Below are positions 39,352-51,755 of a stretch of DNA of 64,000 nt, one piece after another. Source of the stretch: Elainellaceae cyanobacterium (GTDB taxonomy: Bacteria; Cyanobacteriota; Cyanobacteriia; CAKZMO01); NCBI GenBank assembly GCA_049647405.1, contig JBARXP010000451.1, positions 14,771 through 78,770 on the forward strand, written 5' to 3'. A program made the translations under genes and the position numbers. The notes below the pieces were generated by a model. It saw only the letters and a program-made list of their open reading frames with translations, did no database searches and was not told the DNA's origin. The first letter of the stretch is position 1. Each line of letters begins with the position of its first letter.

Positions 39352-41652
39352 TTAGCTCTGAGGGAAAATATCGTCCCAATGGCGAATCATCTCTGCTACA
39401 GACCATGCCTGAGCGATCGCCCCCTGAGCCGCGTGAGGATCGTCACCATCGAAAATTTCCGAAATGGAGTCAAAGCCGCCCTGATGCTGAAAATGGTCGA
39501 GTAGAAATCTGCCGTCTACGGGCAATGGGTCGTCTGGGTAGAAGCGTTGCCACGCTCTGATAAAGGGGCCAATCAGCCAACTCCAGGCAACGCCCTGATG
39601 ATAAGCGCGATCGCGCGCATAGACATTGCCCACATATTTTCCCCGATAGGCAGGATGGGCTCGATCGAGAGACCGCAGGCCATAAGGGGTGAGGAGGCGA
39701 TCGCGAGCGACTAAGAGAGCCCGACGAGCGTAGTCATCTGAAAAGCCGCAGTGGCTCAACGACAGGGCGATTAAGGCGTTGGGACGAATGCTGTGATCGG
39801 GCTCGTCGTCAGGGCCAATGCAATCATAAAAATAGCCCCGCTGGGAGTTCCAAAACTGGTTCAGAGACTCCTTGACTTGAGCCGCTTGTCGCCCATATCG
39901 CTGTCCCTGACTCAGCAGGGGTGTAGAACAATTGTCAGTATTTTCACAAATCCACTGCGCCCATTGTTCGGCCCAGCACAGCATCGAATACCAGAGCCCA
40001 TTAATTTCAATCGCTTTGCCCAGGCGAGGCGTAACAGCCTCTCCTTCTACCACTACATCCATCCACGTTAGGGCTTCTCCAGGGGCATCCCATGTGAGTA
40101 GCCCATCTGACGCATCAATATGAACGTTGTATAGGGTTCCAATGGTGAAGTTTTTGTAGATACGCTGCACCGTTGGGTATTGCTCAACCAAAAAGTCCCA
40201 ATCTTGGGAGGCTTCGATATAGAGGCCGAGAGTTTCGACCCACCACAGAGACACATCCAAATTGTTAAATGTCGGGCTAAACCCCCGATTGGGAAAAGCG
40301 TTGGGCATCAAGCCGCCGTCACAATAATCTGAAAACGTTTGCAGCAGGTCACGCGCTAAAGCAAAACGCCCAGTCGTCAGAGCTAAACCTGGTAGAGCAA
40401 TGAAGGCATCTCGCCCCCAATCAGAAAACCAAGGATATCCGGCCAGAACTGAAGCTCCGTTCACAGACTGACGATAGACGATGAAGCGATCGCCCGCCTG
40501 CCACAGCCGTTCCTTGAGATGGTGTAGAGAGAGGCTGTCGAGCGGTGCCTTGGGGAGATTTGGGTCACCCACAGGTTCCATCTGAGATTGAATATTCACA
40601 TCTCTTGTTGAGGCTGGCTCAATAGGAGAATGACTTTCTGGTTGTGGCAACAGGCTGTTGGCTGGTGCTGGGTCATCTTCTGAAGAGCGTAACGGCTGGA
40701 GCAGCCACTGGCTTCGCGATCGCTCGATGTGGAGCACTCGATCAAATGTTTCATCGTCGAGATGAGACACCGATGGAGGGGAACCGACCACCGCTGCTTC
40801 TAGAGTGACCGTTGTACCCGGCTCTAAGGTCACCACTAAATAGCCTGGACTATACAGATCTTCGGTATCTCCCAAGCCTCTACGGGTTTCTTCTGGATAA
40901 AACACATTCCAGTACCATACGCCATCGGGATAATAGATGCCCTGAGTCCAGGAGAGTGTCCAGGGTGTGCCTGCTTGGTTTGGCCGAATCGCCTGTAGGG
41001 TGAGTCTCTGAGTGTTTACTAATTGCGAAAACTGAGTGCCGGGTTCACACCGCTGCTGCCGATGGAACGAGCGATCGCCAATGAGTGGCCTTAACGTCAA
41101 AATGGCAGGCTGTGATCCCTGGTAGGTATAACGAATCAGCACTCGATTTGAAATGACGGGCGAAGACAGCGTGTCGGAGGGATGAATCGATGAATTCTGC
41201 GGAGGATCGCTCGGATTCTTGCCTGAGGCGAAGTCGGGTGATGCCGATGGCTTTGTTTGCTGTTGCCATTTTTTGTCACAAAAATCATCGATTGACACAT
41301 ACTGGGTCAACCCAAAGGGCATGATAATCTGCCGTGAAATCTGCCAATTGTCGCCAGCCCACACCCACTTTGGCGCTGGCAGCGGAGAGAATGATTGAAG
41401 ATACTGAAACCCTTTAGGATGAACGTCGCCGCTTGTCCAAAAATTGCAGCCCAAATCGACCGCCTGTCCTGCTACGTAGAGACTGGCTTCGATATGAGAG
41501 AGCAAAAGAGTTCGCTGAGATGGGGGTTGGAGAGAGGCTATCAGCCAGCCATGATACGTGCGCGTATGGGCGTCGGCAACCGTCCCGCTCGCAAAACTGC
41601 CCGTTCCATTGGTAATTAACCATTCTCTTGTATCCATAGCGGCATCATGCAT
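39352..41652 (-). CDS. glycogen debranching enzyme (bacterial GDE_N + amylo-alpha-1,6-glucosidase (alpha/alpha)6 domain)
   Basis: N-terminal WLITNGTGSFASGTV, C-terminal GYPWFSDWGRDAFI and catalytic barrel; central low-complexity insertion. Confidence 0.7.
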   Translation of the reverse strand: MHDAAMDTREWLITNGTGSFASGTVADAHTRTYHGWLIASLQPPSQRTLLLSHIEASLYVAGQAVDLGCNFWTSGDVHPKGFQYLQSFSPLPAPKWVWAGDNWQISRQIIMPFGLTQYVSIDDFCDKKWQQQTKPSASPDFASGKNPSDPPQNSSIHPSDTLSSPVISNRVLIRYTYQGSQPAILTLRPLIGDRSFHRQQRCEPGTQFSQLVNTQRLTLQAIRPNQAGTPWTLSWTQGIYYPDGVWYWNVFYPEETRRGLGDTEDLYSPGYLVVTLEPGTTVTLEAAVVGSPPSVSHLDDETFDRVLHIERSRSQWLLQPLRSSEDDPAPANSLLPQPESHSPIEPASTRDVNIQSQMEPVGDPNLPKAPLDSLSLHHLKERLWQAGDRFIVYRQSVNGASVLAGYPWFSDWGRDAFIALPGLALTTGRFALARDLLQTFSDYCDGGLMPNAFPNRGFSPTFNNLDVSLWWVETLGLYIEASQDWDFLVEQYPTVQRIYKNFTIGTLYNVHIDASDGLLTWDAPGEALTWMDVVVEGEAVTPRLGKAIEINGLWYSMLCWAEQWAQWICENTDNCSTPLLSQGQRYGRQAAQVKESLNQFWNSQRGYFYDCIGPDDEPDHSIRPNALIALSLSHCGFSDDYARRALLVARDRLLTPYGLRSLDRAHPAYRGKYVGNVYARDRAYHQGVAWSWLIGPFIRAWQRFYPDDPLPVDGRFLLDHFQHQGGFDSISEIFDGDDPHAAQGAIAQAWSVAEMIRHWDDIFPQS

Positions 41653-42072
41653 GACTCGTTGCCGACTCGCTGTTCACTGAGTCGCATTATCGACTTTAAT
41701 CTGGCTCTAAAAAGAGGTGAAATATGTTCTATTCATCATGCCTTGCGACGGAAGTTTGGCGAGGTAATTTCGGCTGAATTCATCAAATCTGTAAAAACCG
41801 GGATACCGAAGTCCAGTTTTTACGATGTAGCATTTGACTCATCCCTGATCTGCCCCACAGTTCGTCTTCATCAGGCTAATCAGACTCGACTAGACTCAAT
41901 TCGACTAGACTCAACTCAACTAGACTCAAATAATGGGGCGTTGACGGAATGAAAGTCGATCCTCCACGCTATGAAGGTGAGCAATTAGACGTTGATTGAT
42001 CTTCTCCAAGATTCCGCACCGTATTTGCTCCAAAACTTCGCCCTAAAACTTCGCACCATCACCATTCACGCC

Positions 42073-43410
42073 ATGACCGTATCTTCCCCTTCAACTGGCT
42101 CGTTAACGAGCATTGCCCACACGACCCGTCAGGCTGCACAACAGTTGGCTGGGCTGTCCGCAGAGGCCAAAAATAGCGCTATTGAGGCGATCGCCCAGTC
42201 ATTAACTGACCATGCCGATGCGATTGTGGCAGCCAACGAAGCGGATTGTCAGGCGGCCCTAGAAGACGGGTTAGCCAAGCCCCTCTACGGACGATTGAAA
42301 CTGGACGCGACAAAATTGCAAGGGGCGATCGCTGGTGTCCGTGATGTTCGCAAGTTGGCCGATCCGGTCGGTCAGATTCAGATTCATCGAGAGTTAGATG
42401 AAGGATTGGTGCTGAAGCGCATCTCTTGTCCGCTAGGGGTCTTAGGCGTCATTTTTGAGTCTCGTCCTGATGCGGTGATGCAGATTGCCACGTTAGCCAT
42501 CAAGTCGGGGAATGGCGTCATTCTCAAGGGAGGCCGGGAAGCTGTTCGTTCTTGCGAGGCGTTGGTCAACGCCATTCGAGCGGGCCTAGCAACCACTGCG
42601 GTTGATCCTGAAGTGGTGCAGTTGTTGACCACCCGCGCAGAAACGCGAGAACTGCTGAAGCTGGAGGGCTTAGTCGATTTGATTATTCCTCGCGGGTCTA
42701 ATGCCTTTGTCCGCTTTGTGCAGGAGAATACGCGGATTCCTGTGCTGGGTCATGCCGATGGTATTTGTCACCTGTATATCGATCGCGCAGCCAATATTGA
42801 GCAGGCCGTGGCGATCGCCATTGATGCCAAAGTTGGTTACCCTTCTGCCTGCAACGCGATTGAGACACTGCTGATTCACAACGACGTTGCAGCCCAAGCA
42901 CTGCCTGTCTTAGCAGCCGCCCTTCTAGAACAAGGTGTTCAGTTGCGAGGAGATGATCGTACCCGTGAGATTCTGTCTGCTGCTGATATGAATGCAGAAG
43001 AACAGATTCTGGTAGCCACAGAAGAAGACTGGTCAACGGAATACAGTGATTTGATCTTGGCTATCAAAGTCGTTGATTCTTTAGAGGAGGCGATCGCCCA
43101 CATCAATACTTACGGGTCACGTCACACCGAGGCGATCGTCAGCGATGATGCCGCAGTGGCACAGGCGTTTATGGATCAGGTGGATGCGGCTGGGGTCTTT
43201 CACAACTGCTCTACTCGATTTGCTGACGGATTTCGATATGGTTTTGGAGCCGAAGTCGGCATCAGCACGCAGAAAATGCCGCCTCGTGGCCCGGTCGGGC
43301 TTGAGGGATTAGTCACCTATAAGTATCAACTCGTCGGGCAGGGGCAGGTTGCAGCCACTTATTCGGGTGACCATGCCAAGCCCTTTAGCCATCAAGATCT
43401 GCGGGGCTAG
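42073..43410 (+). CDS. proA: gamma-glutamyl phosphate reductase (ProA)
   Basis: ALDH-fold with catalytic Cys ([11 protein letters not shown]), start at MTVSSPS preferred over upstream ATG 41992. Confidence 0.85.
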   Translation: MTVSSPSTGSLTSIAHTTRQAAQQLAGLSAEAKNSAIEAIAQSLTDHADAIVAANEADCQAALEDGLAKPLYGRLKLDATKLQGAIAGVRDVRKLADPVGQIQIHRELDEGLVLKRISCPLGVLGVIFESRPDAVMQIATLAIKSGNGVILKGGREAVRSCEALVNAIRAGLATTAVDPEVVQLLTTRAETRELLKLEGLVDLIIPRGSNAFVRFVQENTRIPVLGHADGICHLYIDRAANIEQAVAIAIDAKVGYPSACNAIETLLIHNDVAAQALPVLAAALLEQGVQLRGDDRTREILSAADMNAEEQILVATEEDWSTEYSDLILAIKVVDSLEEAIAHINTYGSRHTEAIVSDDAAVAQAFMDQVDAAGVFHNCSTRFADGFRYGFGAEVGISTQKMPPRGPVGLEGLVTYKYQLVGQGQVAATYSGDHAKPFSHQDLRG

Positions 43411-44791
43411 ACGCTTCATCTTTCAATGGATCAAGACCTGGATCAAGAACTGGATTGAGAACCGGATCGGGGGATTCTGATGCAGTGACCATCTCAGTTA
43501 AAAGATCCGGCAAAAGATCCGGGTTGTCAGACGAATCATCTTCTAGCAGCGCTTCGACAAACTGCTGCAAATCTTGCTCTTGCCGTCCTTCCAAATACAA
43601 ATCTTTGAGACCCATCAGTCCCTTGGCGATCGCCCCAGCCTTTTTTTTGTAGGTATTGTGCGCCGAAACCAAATCGAGATAAACTTCTCGTTCAATTACT
43701 GTGCGATCAGCCTGGTCAGAAAGCGGAGACTGATACGTTACCGCGTCTACGTCGTACTTCAGCAGAAAAATCAGGGCTCCGCTCAGAGTCGCTAGGCGCT
43801 CTTGCAGATGCCGCACATCTAGGTCTAAGCGGTCGAATCCGACTTGGCCTTCAATGCGTAGTTCAATAATGGGTGCTTGGTCTGGGACGATTGTTTTTGC
43901 CTGGATAGCAGACTCAACCGTGGCGATCGCCAACGCCTCAATGTCTTCTTCCGACTCATTTCCTTTCGCCACCATGGCAAGACGGACGATGGGGCGCTGC
44001 CGATACTCCTGCTTGAGATCTGCCCGAATGTTGTTTTTCTCTATCTCAACTTGGTAAGCACCCCTGGGATAGCGACTTTCCTCAATGCTGTTTGCTTCTA
44101 TGGAGCCAGGATTAAAAATCCAATTTTCCATGGAGTAGTTTTTATGGATATGCCCTAACGCTAAGTAGTCAATGCCTGCCAACTTGAGCGGCAGCAAGTC
44201 CTCGTAACGCAAGGCTCCCGCATAGCGAGCAATTTGACCGTCTAAGCCATGATGAAACAGCATCACCTGAGCACCGTCAGGCGCAGGCAGATCAGCAATC
44301 TGGCGGGCAAGATATTGAACGGCGATAGGAGCTGTTGCCCCATACCAAGCACTGCCAAGCACTCGCACTCCGCAGTCAAGGTCGATATATCCGCCTCGCT
44401 TCGTAGCTGGATTCCAGGGCTGGTAGGTTACTTCGCCAGATCCCCCGTCACCGGGCTCTAGCAAAATTAGCTGCTCCCAATCTGATAAATATCGGAGCCA
44501 GTTTGTTTTGGTGCCATAGGGGCGATTGTCGTGGTTGCCCTCAATGGCGATCGCCGGAATGCTCGCTCGTTTTAGCAGCTCTAGACATCGCTGCGCTTGG
44601 TTTAGTGTCGCAGGCTGAATGTTGCGATGCTCGAACAAGTCTCCGGCGATCGCCACAAAATCGACCTGTTCAGCAACGGCGTAGCGCTCTAGGACATCGT
44701 AAAAGGCGTAGAAGAAATCTTGACTGCGAACCTTGCTATCGTAGCGATCGAATCCGAGATGTACGTCAGCGACGTGAAGAAAACGAGCCAT
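43385..44791 (-). CDS. SbcD/Mre11-family DNA repair exonuclease (metallophosphoesterase) with acidic C-terminal tail; no sbcC adjacent
   Basis: [26 protein letters not shown] motifs. Confidence 0.7.
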   Translation of the reverse strand: MARFLHVADVHLGFDRYDSKVRSQDFFYAFYDVLERYAVAEQVDFVAIAGDLFEHRNIQPATLNQAQRCLELLKRASIPAIAIEGNHDNRPYGTKTNWLRYLSDWEQLILLEPGDGGSGEVTYQPWNPATKRGGYIDLDCGVRVLGSAWYGATAPIAVQYLARQIADLPAPDGAQVMLFHHGLDGQIARYAGALRYEDLLPLKLAGIDYLALGHIHKNYSMENWIFNPGSIEANSIEESRYPRGAYQVEIEKNNIRADLKQEYRQRPIVRLAMVAKGNESEEDIEALAIATVESAIQAKTIVPDQAPIIELRIEGQVGFDRLDLDVRHLQERLATLSGALIFLLKYDVDAVTYQSPLSDQADRTVIEREVYLDLVSAHNTYKKKAGAIAKGLMGLKDLYLEGRQEQDLQQFVEALLEDDSSDNPDLLPDLLTEMVTASESPDPVLNPVLDPGLDPLKDEASSPADLDG

Positions 44792-44900
44792 GGTAAAGGG
44801 AAAATACTCTAGCGATCTGACTCAGTACTCTAACGTGGAGTCCGAACTCTTGATTCAGCCTGATATCGTGCCTAACCCTCAATTCGTTAGGATCTTAGAC

Positions 44901-46016
<1,116 letters not shown>

Positions 46017-46355
46017 CTAACCAACCACAGACACTTCACGAAAACTTACTCAACAGGCACATACGATTCAATATAGCGATAAGAGTCTAGAGGGTGCTAC
46101 CTGCACGCATTAAAGATTAACTCTCTAACATCCAGCCTCGGATGAGAAACTTGCTTGCGTAAGATTTCTTGCGTAAGATTTCAAATACCAAATACAAAAG
46201 CTCAAGTATCGAAAACAAGCAGCATTTCCCTTCACATCCGCTTGATCTCAATACCCGAGCTTCTGAATTTTATGCAGCTTTCATAACGAATTAGGTAGCT
46301 AGTTCTTCGCTAACAATGATTGTTATGCGGAGGAACTACTGATTCGCTATGAGGA

Positions 46356-46586
46356 TTACTCACTTGCCTGCTGGCTAGGGTCAGTCATGCCATACTTCCG
46401 AAGAAAGCGCTCAACTCGTCCCTCGGTATCAATAATTTTCTGGGTACCTGTAAAAAACGGATGATTGCCAGACCAAACATCAACATGAATTTCGGGACGA
46501 GTTGATCCCATTGTTGCGACTAGCTCGCCGTTGCAAAAAACTTTTGCTTCGGGATACCACTCTGGGTGAATTCCTTCTCTAGGCAT
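46356..46586 (-). CDS. rpmE: 50S ribosomal protein L31
   Basis: MPREGIHPEWY start; start set at second Met of ORF. Confidence 0.85.
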   Translation of the reverse strand: MPREGIHPEWYPEAKVFCNGELVATMGSTRPEIHVDVWSGNHPFFTGTQKIIDTEGRVERFLRKYGMTDPSQQASE

Positions 46587-46652
46587 TACTACTCTCCTGG
46601 TGCTCAACAGAATTGGTGCTGTGTGTCGAATACAAATCTTCTCAAAACTCTT

Positions 46653-47066
46653 CTATCGCTTAGAGTACTGAGGAGCCTTGCGTGCTTTATGTAGTCCATA
46701 CTTCTTACGCTCTTTCGCACGAGGGTCACGAGTTAAGAAGCCTTCAATTTTGAGGGGCTTTCGATTATCTGGGTCAAGCTCACATAGAGCCCGTGCAACA
46801 CCCAAACGAATGGAGTCTGCCTGACCTGTCAAACCGCCACCGTGAGCGTTGACCAAAACGTCATATTCTTCCCCAAGCCCAAGCACCTCCAGGGGAGCTT
46901 TTGCCGCATTTAAGTAGCCAGCATTGTACTGAAGATAGTTATCCCCTGGCCGACCGTTAATCACTAGCTTCCCATTACCAGGAACGAGGCGAACTCGTGC
47001 GATCGCAGACTTGCGGCGACCTGTTCCCCAATAGACAACTTTTCCTGACTTTTCTTCAGCCTGCAT
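46653..47066 (-). CDS. rpsI: 30S ribosomal protein S9
   Basis: [12 protein letters not shown] ... C-terminal [11 protein letters not shown]. Confidence 0.9.
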   Translation of the reverse strand: MQAEEKSGKVVYWGTGRRKSAIARVRLVPGNGKLVINGRPGDNYLQYNAGYLNAAKAPLEVLGLGEEYDVLVNAHGGGLTGQADSIRLGVARALCELDPDNRKPLKIEGFLTRDPRAKERKKYGLHKARKAPQYSKR

Positions 47067-47521
47067 TATTCATTTCCTCCCGGAACTGTAGATATTTCTA
47101 ACACGGTAGGTTGTTGAGCCTGGTGGGGATGATCGGTGCCCCGATACACTTTCAGCTTCGTAAATAGCTTGCGCCCAAGAGAATTTTTAGGCAACATCCC
47201 CTTGATAGCCTGCTCAACAATACGCTCTGGAAGGCGATGTTGCAGCTTATCAAATGTCTCCGTTTTCATCCCGCCTGGACGGCCTGAATGGCGACGATAG
47301 ACCTTTTGCCAGCGCTTGCGGCCAGTGACATCTATTTTTTCCGCATTCACGATCACCACGAAATCTCCCGTATCCATATGCGGAGAGAAGGTTGGCTTAT
47401 TCTTGCCTCTCAAAATTGATGCAACTTCAGTGGCTAAGCGTCCAAGCCTTTGACCTGATGCATCAATCACGTACCAATTTTTCTCGACTGCCTCTGGATT
47501 AGGCACATAGGTTTTGTTCAT
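47066..47521 (-). CDS. rplM: 50S ribosomal protein L13
   Basis: [21 protein letters not shown] start; adjacent to rpsI with 1-nt overlap. Confidence 0.9.
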   Translation of the reverse strand: MNKTYVPNPEAVEKNWYVIDASGQRLGRLATEVASILRGKNKPTFSPHMDTGDFVVIVNAEKIDVTGRKRWQKVYRRHSGRPGGMKTETFDKLQHRLPERIVEQAIKGMLPKNSLGRKLFTKLKVYRGTDHPHQAQQPTVLEISTVPGGNE

Positions 47522-47696
47522 AGCAACTCAGGTCACTCAGATAACTCTTTTACACATCAATATTCGATTCAGACTCGCCTAACCACTGGAATAATACTTC
47601 AGATGTAGAACCCATCTCGTGGCGATCGCCATCTTTAGTTTGCTATCTCTAAATCCAAGAACATTAACTTCAGACGGGGATTAAAAAATAGATTTT

Positions 47697-48530
47697 CTAC
47701 AAGACAGATGGCAAAATGAACAGCGGTTGACTATCATACCAAATTTCGGACGATATTGGGAAATGAGGGTATAAAACACGAAGTAAGCACAACCCTTGAG
47801 GAGGTGCCGCAGACTTGACACAGTCTCGTCTGCGACGCATCCAAATATCGATAAACGTCTCGACTGAGAGCGCTCCTCGACCCACCTCGACCAACATCCC
47901 GACCAAAAGACGCACCATGCCGTACAGAAAACCACTGGCTTGTATCTCGATATAGAGAAAATTGCCGCTACGAGTACATTGAACCTCTTGTACTTCAAGA
48001 AATGAGTGAGGGCGAGTGGAGCCGCTTCTGCGAAAAGCCGATAAATCCCAGTATCCGACCAAGGACTCCAAGGCTGACTGCATCACCTCAGCATCAAGCA
48101 CAAAGCGATAGTAGTGCCAGCTATAGGGAGCTACAAACAAATTGGGCTTGGATGCATTATAAATTGTGTAGCGATAACGACGACCGACGGCAGAAAAACA
48201 GGCATGCCAATCACTGGAGACAGTATCGGAGGCTCGAACGACTATACCTTCGGGCAACCGACTGTTCAAAATACTAACCCATCGATGAGCTGGAATTCTC
48301 ACGGGGGCGTCAAAGTGAGCAACTTGCGCTGCAGCATGAACCCCCGAATCAGTCCGACCTGAACCAAAAATGACAACCGAGTGACCTAAAACAGACTCAA
48401 TTGCTTGCTCAATAGCAGCCTGTACGGTTTGCCCGTTTGTTTGCCTCTGCCATCCTTTAAAGTGAGTACCAGCGTACTGTATAACGATCGCAACTCGCTG
48501 AGTGGGTTCATCCGCAAAGTCTCGATTCAT
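47697..48530 (-). CDS. truA: tRNA pseudouridine(38-40) synthase TruA
   Basis: RVAIVIQYAGTHFKGWQRQ and catalytic GRTDSGVHA. Confidence 0.9.
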   Translation of the reverse strand: MNRDFADEPTQRVAIVIQYAGTHFKGWQRQTNGQTVQAAIEQAIESVLGHSVVIFGSGRTDSGVHAAAQVAHFDAPVRIPAHRWVSILNSRLPEGIVVRASDTVSSDWHACFSAVGRRYRYTIYNASKPNLFVAPYSWHYYRFVLDAEVMQSALESLVGYWDLSAFRRSGSTRPHSFLEVQEVQCTRSGNFLYIEIQASGFLYGMVRLLVGMLVEVGRGALSVETFIDIWMRRRRDCVKSAAPPQGLCLLRVLYPHFPISSEIWYDSQPLFILPSVL

Positions 48531-48595
48531 CGTCGCACTACATATTTCAATGACTCACAAGGTACGCTGTGTGCCCATAGCTTTAAGCCAGTCGC

Positions 48596-48946
48596 CTAGG
48601 TCAACTCAATGATAGCCATCTCAGAGCTATCGCCCCGACGCGCTACTGTTCGAACAATCCGTGTGTAGCCGCCTTGGCGATCGCCATAGCGTTCACCTGC
48701 CCCTTCAAACAGAGCATGAACAAGCTGCTTATCGTAGATGTAGCCCATGGCTTGGCGGCGTGCCGCCAGAGAACCATCCTTTGCCAAGGTAATCATTTTC
48801 TCAACTTCAGGACGAACTGCTTTAGCTCGTGCTTTCGTTGTTTTGATTCGACCGTGACGAATTAATTCCGTCGTGAGCGCTCTTAATAATGCCCGTCGTT
48901 GATCGGCAGGCTTACCTAAATGATGAATACGACAACCGTGACGCAT
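48596..48946 (-). CDS. rplQ: 50S ribosomal protein L17
   Basis: [24 protein letters not shown]. Confidence 0.9.
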   Translation of the reverse strand: MRHGCRIHHLGKPADQRRALLRALTTELIRHGRIKTTKARAKAVRPEVEKMITLAKDGSLAARRQAMGYIYDKQLVHALFEGAGERYGDRQGGYTRIVRTVARRGDSSEMAIIELT

Positions 48947-49030
48947 GACCTCAACCCTCTTCCCTCAAATCGACACTAACTTTACGAACTTTCAGGCTGC
49001 CATTTCGACCTGAAGTCGTTGACCCAGAAA

Positions 49031-49978
49031 TCACGTTGCCTTCGGAGATTTTTCGTGAGGCAATGTAATACCTAGGCGAACTTGCAAGGCCTCAATGACT
49101 TCCTCTGCCGACTTCGCCCCAAAATTCTTAATTTCTAAGAGATCTTCTTGGGTGTAATCTAACAAGTCTGCCACCGAATTAATTTGAGCCCGCTTCAAGC
49201 AGTTGTAAGCCCGTACCGAGAGCTGCAATTCCTCAATCGGGATTTGGCTCTCAGGATTAACAACTGATTCCTCCATCTCACTCGGAGGAATAATCGTAAC
49301 ATTCTTCAGTGGCTCAAAGAGATCAACAAGAATAGTTGCAGCTTGGCTCAGAGCATCTTGAGGCGAAAGACTACCGTTAGTCCAAAGATCTAGCAATAAT
49401 CGATCCTGTTCTAGAGATCCTCCAACCCGAGCATCCTCGACCGAGTAATTTACCTTCCGGACGGGCATGAAAATGGAATCAATCTGTAGAAAGTCTAGCG
49501 CAGCAGAGTCATCACGGCTCCGCGCGATTGAGCGGTATCCAAATCCAGTCTCAATTCGGAACTCCATCTCCAGAGTCGCACCTGCTGACACAGTTGCTAT
49601 GTAGTCATCAGGATTAATGCACTCAACCTCGGCAGGCAAATCAAAATAGCTGGCCGTAACAGTTGCTGGCCCTTGAACTACAAGTCGCCCAATTTGCATT
49701 TGAGGAGTGTAGCTCTTAAGAACCACCTCTTTCATATTTAATAAGATGTCTAGTACATCTTCTCGAACCCCAGGAACCGTTGCAAATTCATGAGTTACGC
49801 CAGCGAGCCTAACAGCAGTAACAGCTGCTCCCTGCAAATTAGACAGCAAAACTCGGCGCAGAGCATTGCCTACCGTAATCCCCTGGCCTCTATCCAAGGG
49901 TTCAATAACGAACCTGCCGTAGAGACTTTGATCGTCTCCAGTATCGGAATCTACACATTCAACTTGAAACTGTGCCAT
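49031..49978 (-). CDS. rpoA: DNA-directed RNA polymerase alpha subunit
   Basis: N-terminal dimerisation domain and C-terminal alphaCTD (LELSVRAYNCLKRAQINSV); start at MAQFQ. Confidence 0.9.
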   Translation of the reverse strand: MAQFQVECVDSDTGDDQSLYGRFVIEPLDRGQGITVGNALRRVLLSNLQGAAVTAVRLAGVTHEFATVPGVREDVLDILLNMKEVVLKSYTPQMQIGRLVVQGPATVTASYFDLPAEVECINPDDYIATVSAGATLEMEFRIETGFGYRSIARSRDDSAALDFLQIDSIFMPVRKVNYSVEDARVGGSLEQDRLLLDLWTNGSLSPQDALSQAATILVDLFEPLKNVTIIPPSEMEESVVNPESQIPIEELQLSVRAYNCLKRAQINSVADLLDYTQEDLLEIKNFGAKSAEEVIEALQVRLGITLPHEKSPKAT

Positions 49979-50203
49979 ATAATCTCCCACTCCATTGAGC
50001 TGATGAAGCTCTTAACAGATCTAATGAACAAACTACGATAGTCTATCCACACTAACCACATACAGCATCTGGAATCACTGGAGTCGAAACTAAAAACTTC
50101 TCAGAAATTATATTTCCAACCAATGCTGACTCATTCACTAAGCTTTTATCTAGAATTCTGGCTTCCAGCAATACGGCAAACCAAACTTCCCCAAAAGCTT
50201 TGG

Positions 50204-50599
50204 TTACACACGACGACGCTTAGGCGGACGACAACCGTTGTGGGGAATGGGGGTAACGTCTCGAATTAAAGTGATTTCTAGCCCAGCTCCCTGTAGAGCG
50301 CGAATTGCAGTTTCTCTGCCTGCACCCGGCCCACTCACCATAACTTCAATTTGCCTCATTCCTTGATCCATTGCACGGCGAGCCGCCGAATCAGCAGCCG
50401 TCTGAGCCGCAAATGGAGTCCCTTTTTTGGCTCCCTTAAAACCGCTTGACCCGGCAGAAGCCCAAGAAATGGCTTCGCCGTTGATATCTGTGATGGTCAC
50501 AATCGTATTGTTAAACGTCGAGCGGATGTGTGCCATGCCACTAGGAACATTCCGCTTCTGCTTTTTAGGGCCAGATTTCCTAGTAATTTGCCTTGCCAT
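50204..50599 (-). CDS. rpsK: 30S ribosomal protein S11
   Basis: Signature [18 protein letters not shown]. Confidence 0.9.
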   Translation of the reverse strand: MARQITRKSGPKKQKRNVPSGMAHIRSTFNNTIVTITDINGEAISWASAGSSGFKGAKKGTPFAAQTAADSAARRAMDQGMRQIEVMVSGPGAGRETAIRALQGAGLEITLIRDVTPIPHNGCRPPKRRRV

Positions 50600-50662
50600 T
50601 CTTAGTATTCCTCACCGTCAAAAGATTCAACTCAAACATCCCAAGCAATAAAGTGTAAAACT

Positions 50663-51046
50663 CTACTTCTTACCTGGAGCTTTCTTCTTACCTGCGACTG
50701 TTCGACGCCCTCCGCGACGGGTTCGAGCATTAGTTCGCGTTCTCTGACCTCGGACAGGTAGTCCCATTCGATGACGACGACCGCGATAGGTTCCGATGTC
50801 CATGAGCCGTTTAATGTTCATGGATTCCCAGCGGCGCAAGTCGCCTTCGACTTGATAATTCGCCTCTACGACCTCACGCAGGGAAGCAACTTCGGCGTCA
50901 CTCAAATCTTTGACGCGAGTATCTGGGTTAATCCCTGTCGCATTCAAAATTTCATGAGAGCGCGTCAGCCCAATACCATAGACGTAAGTTAAACCAATCT
51001 CAACTCGCTTATCACGAGGTAAATCAACCCCGGCAATTCTTGCCAC
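50663..51046 (-). CDS. rpsM: 30S ribosomal protein S13
   Basis: [26 protein letters not shown]. Confidence 0.9.
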   Translation of the reverse strand: MARIAGVDLPRDKRVEIGLTYVYGIGLTRSHEILNATGINPDTRVKDLSDAEVASLREVVEANYQVEGDLRRWESMNIKRLMDIGTYRGRRHRMGLPVRGQRTRTNARTRRGGRRTVAGKKKAPGKK

Positions 51047-51144
51047 TTTCTCTCTCCTCCCTACATATTTTTCTCTGCGTCAAGAGCCAAATTGCGTTTA
51101 CACTCTCGTAGCAAACAGAATGTCCCATCTCAGATCAGAATGCT

Positions 51145-51258
51145 TTATCCCTGGCGTTGTTTATGCTTTGGATTAGGACAGATCACCATTACTCTGCCGC
51201 GACGGCGAATAACGCGACACTTTTCACACATTTTACGAACAGACGGTCTAACTTTCAT
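51145..51258 (-). CDS. rpmJ: 50S ribosomal protein L36 (37 aa; below ORF-track size cutoff)
   Basis: Reverse complement translates to [37 protein letters not shown]. Confidence 0.85.
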   Translation of the reverse strand: MKVRPSVRKMCEKCRVIRRRGRVMVICPNPKHKQRQG

Positions 51259-51444
51259 GACTTAGGCACTAAGAATACTTCAACACTAAATACCGAACAA
51301 ATCAAAGATTCCCGAACAGGAAAGAGTTTTTTAACCAAACTAAGGCGGAATAAAAAGCTGTTTTTTGCTCTGAACCCTATGTTCTCCTGATAAGGACTAA
51401 TTCCTTGCTATTGAAAGCATCGGGAACAGTAGTAGAACAAGTCC

Positions 51445-51669
51445 TTACTTTTTACGAAGTCGATAGGTGATGCGACCTTTTGTCAGGTCGTAAGGCGTTA
51501 ACTCAACTTTAACGCGATCGCCAGGAAGAATTTTGATGTAGTTCCTACGAATCTTCCCTGAAATATGAGCTAGCACATTAAACCCATTGTCCAAATCAAC
51601 ACGAAACATTGCATTAGGCAAGGAGTCAGTAACTGTTCCCTCCATTTCAATCAAGTCTTGCTTCGACAA
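51445..51669 (-). CDS. infA: translation initiation factor IF-1, probable TTG start
   Basis: (L->M)[69 protein letters not shown]; GGAGGT 8 nt upstream of TTG at 51669; no in-frame ATG at the conserved N-terminus. Confidence 0.8.
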   Translation of the reverse strand: MSKQDLIEMEGTVTDSLPNAMFRVDLDNGFNVLAHISGKIRRNYIKILPGDRVKVELTPYDLTKGRITYRLRKK

Positions 51670-51755
51670 ACTAATTACCTCCAAAAGGTGGCGACCAACA
51701 TTTAATGAGTTTAATCAAGTTAAAATCCACTAAATTTTTATTCCTGAGCACATAA

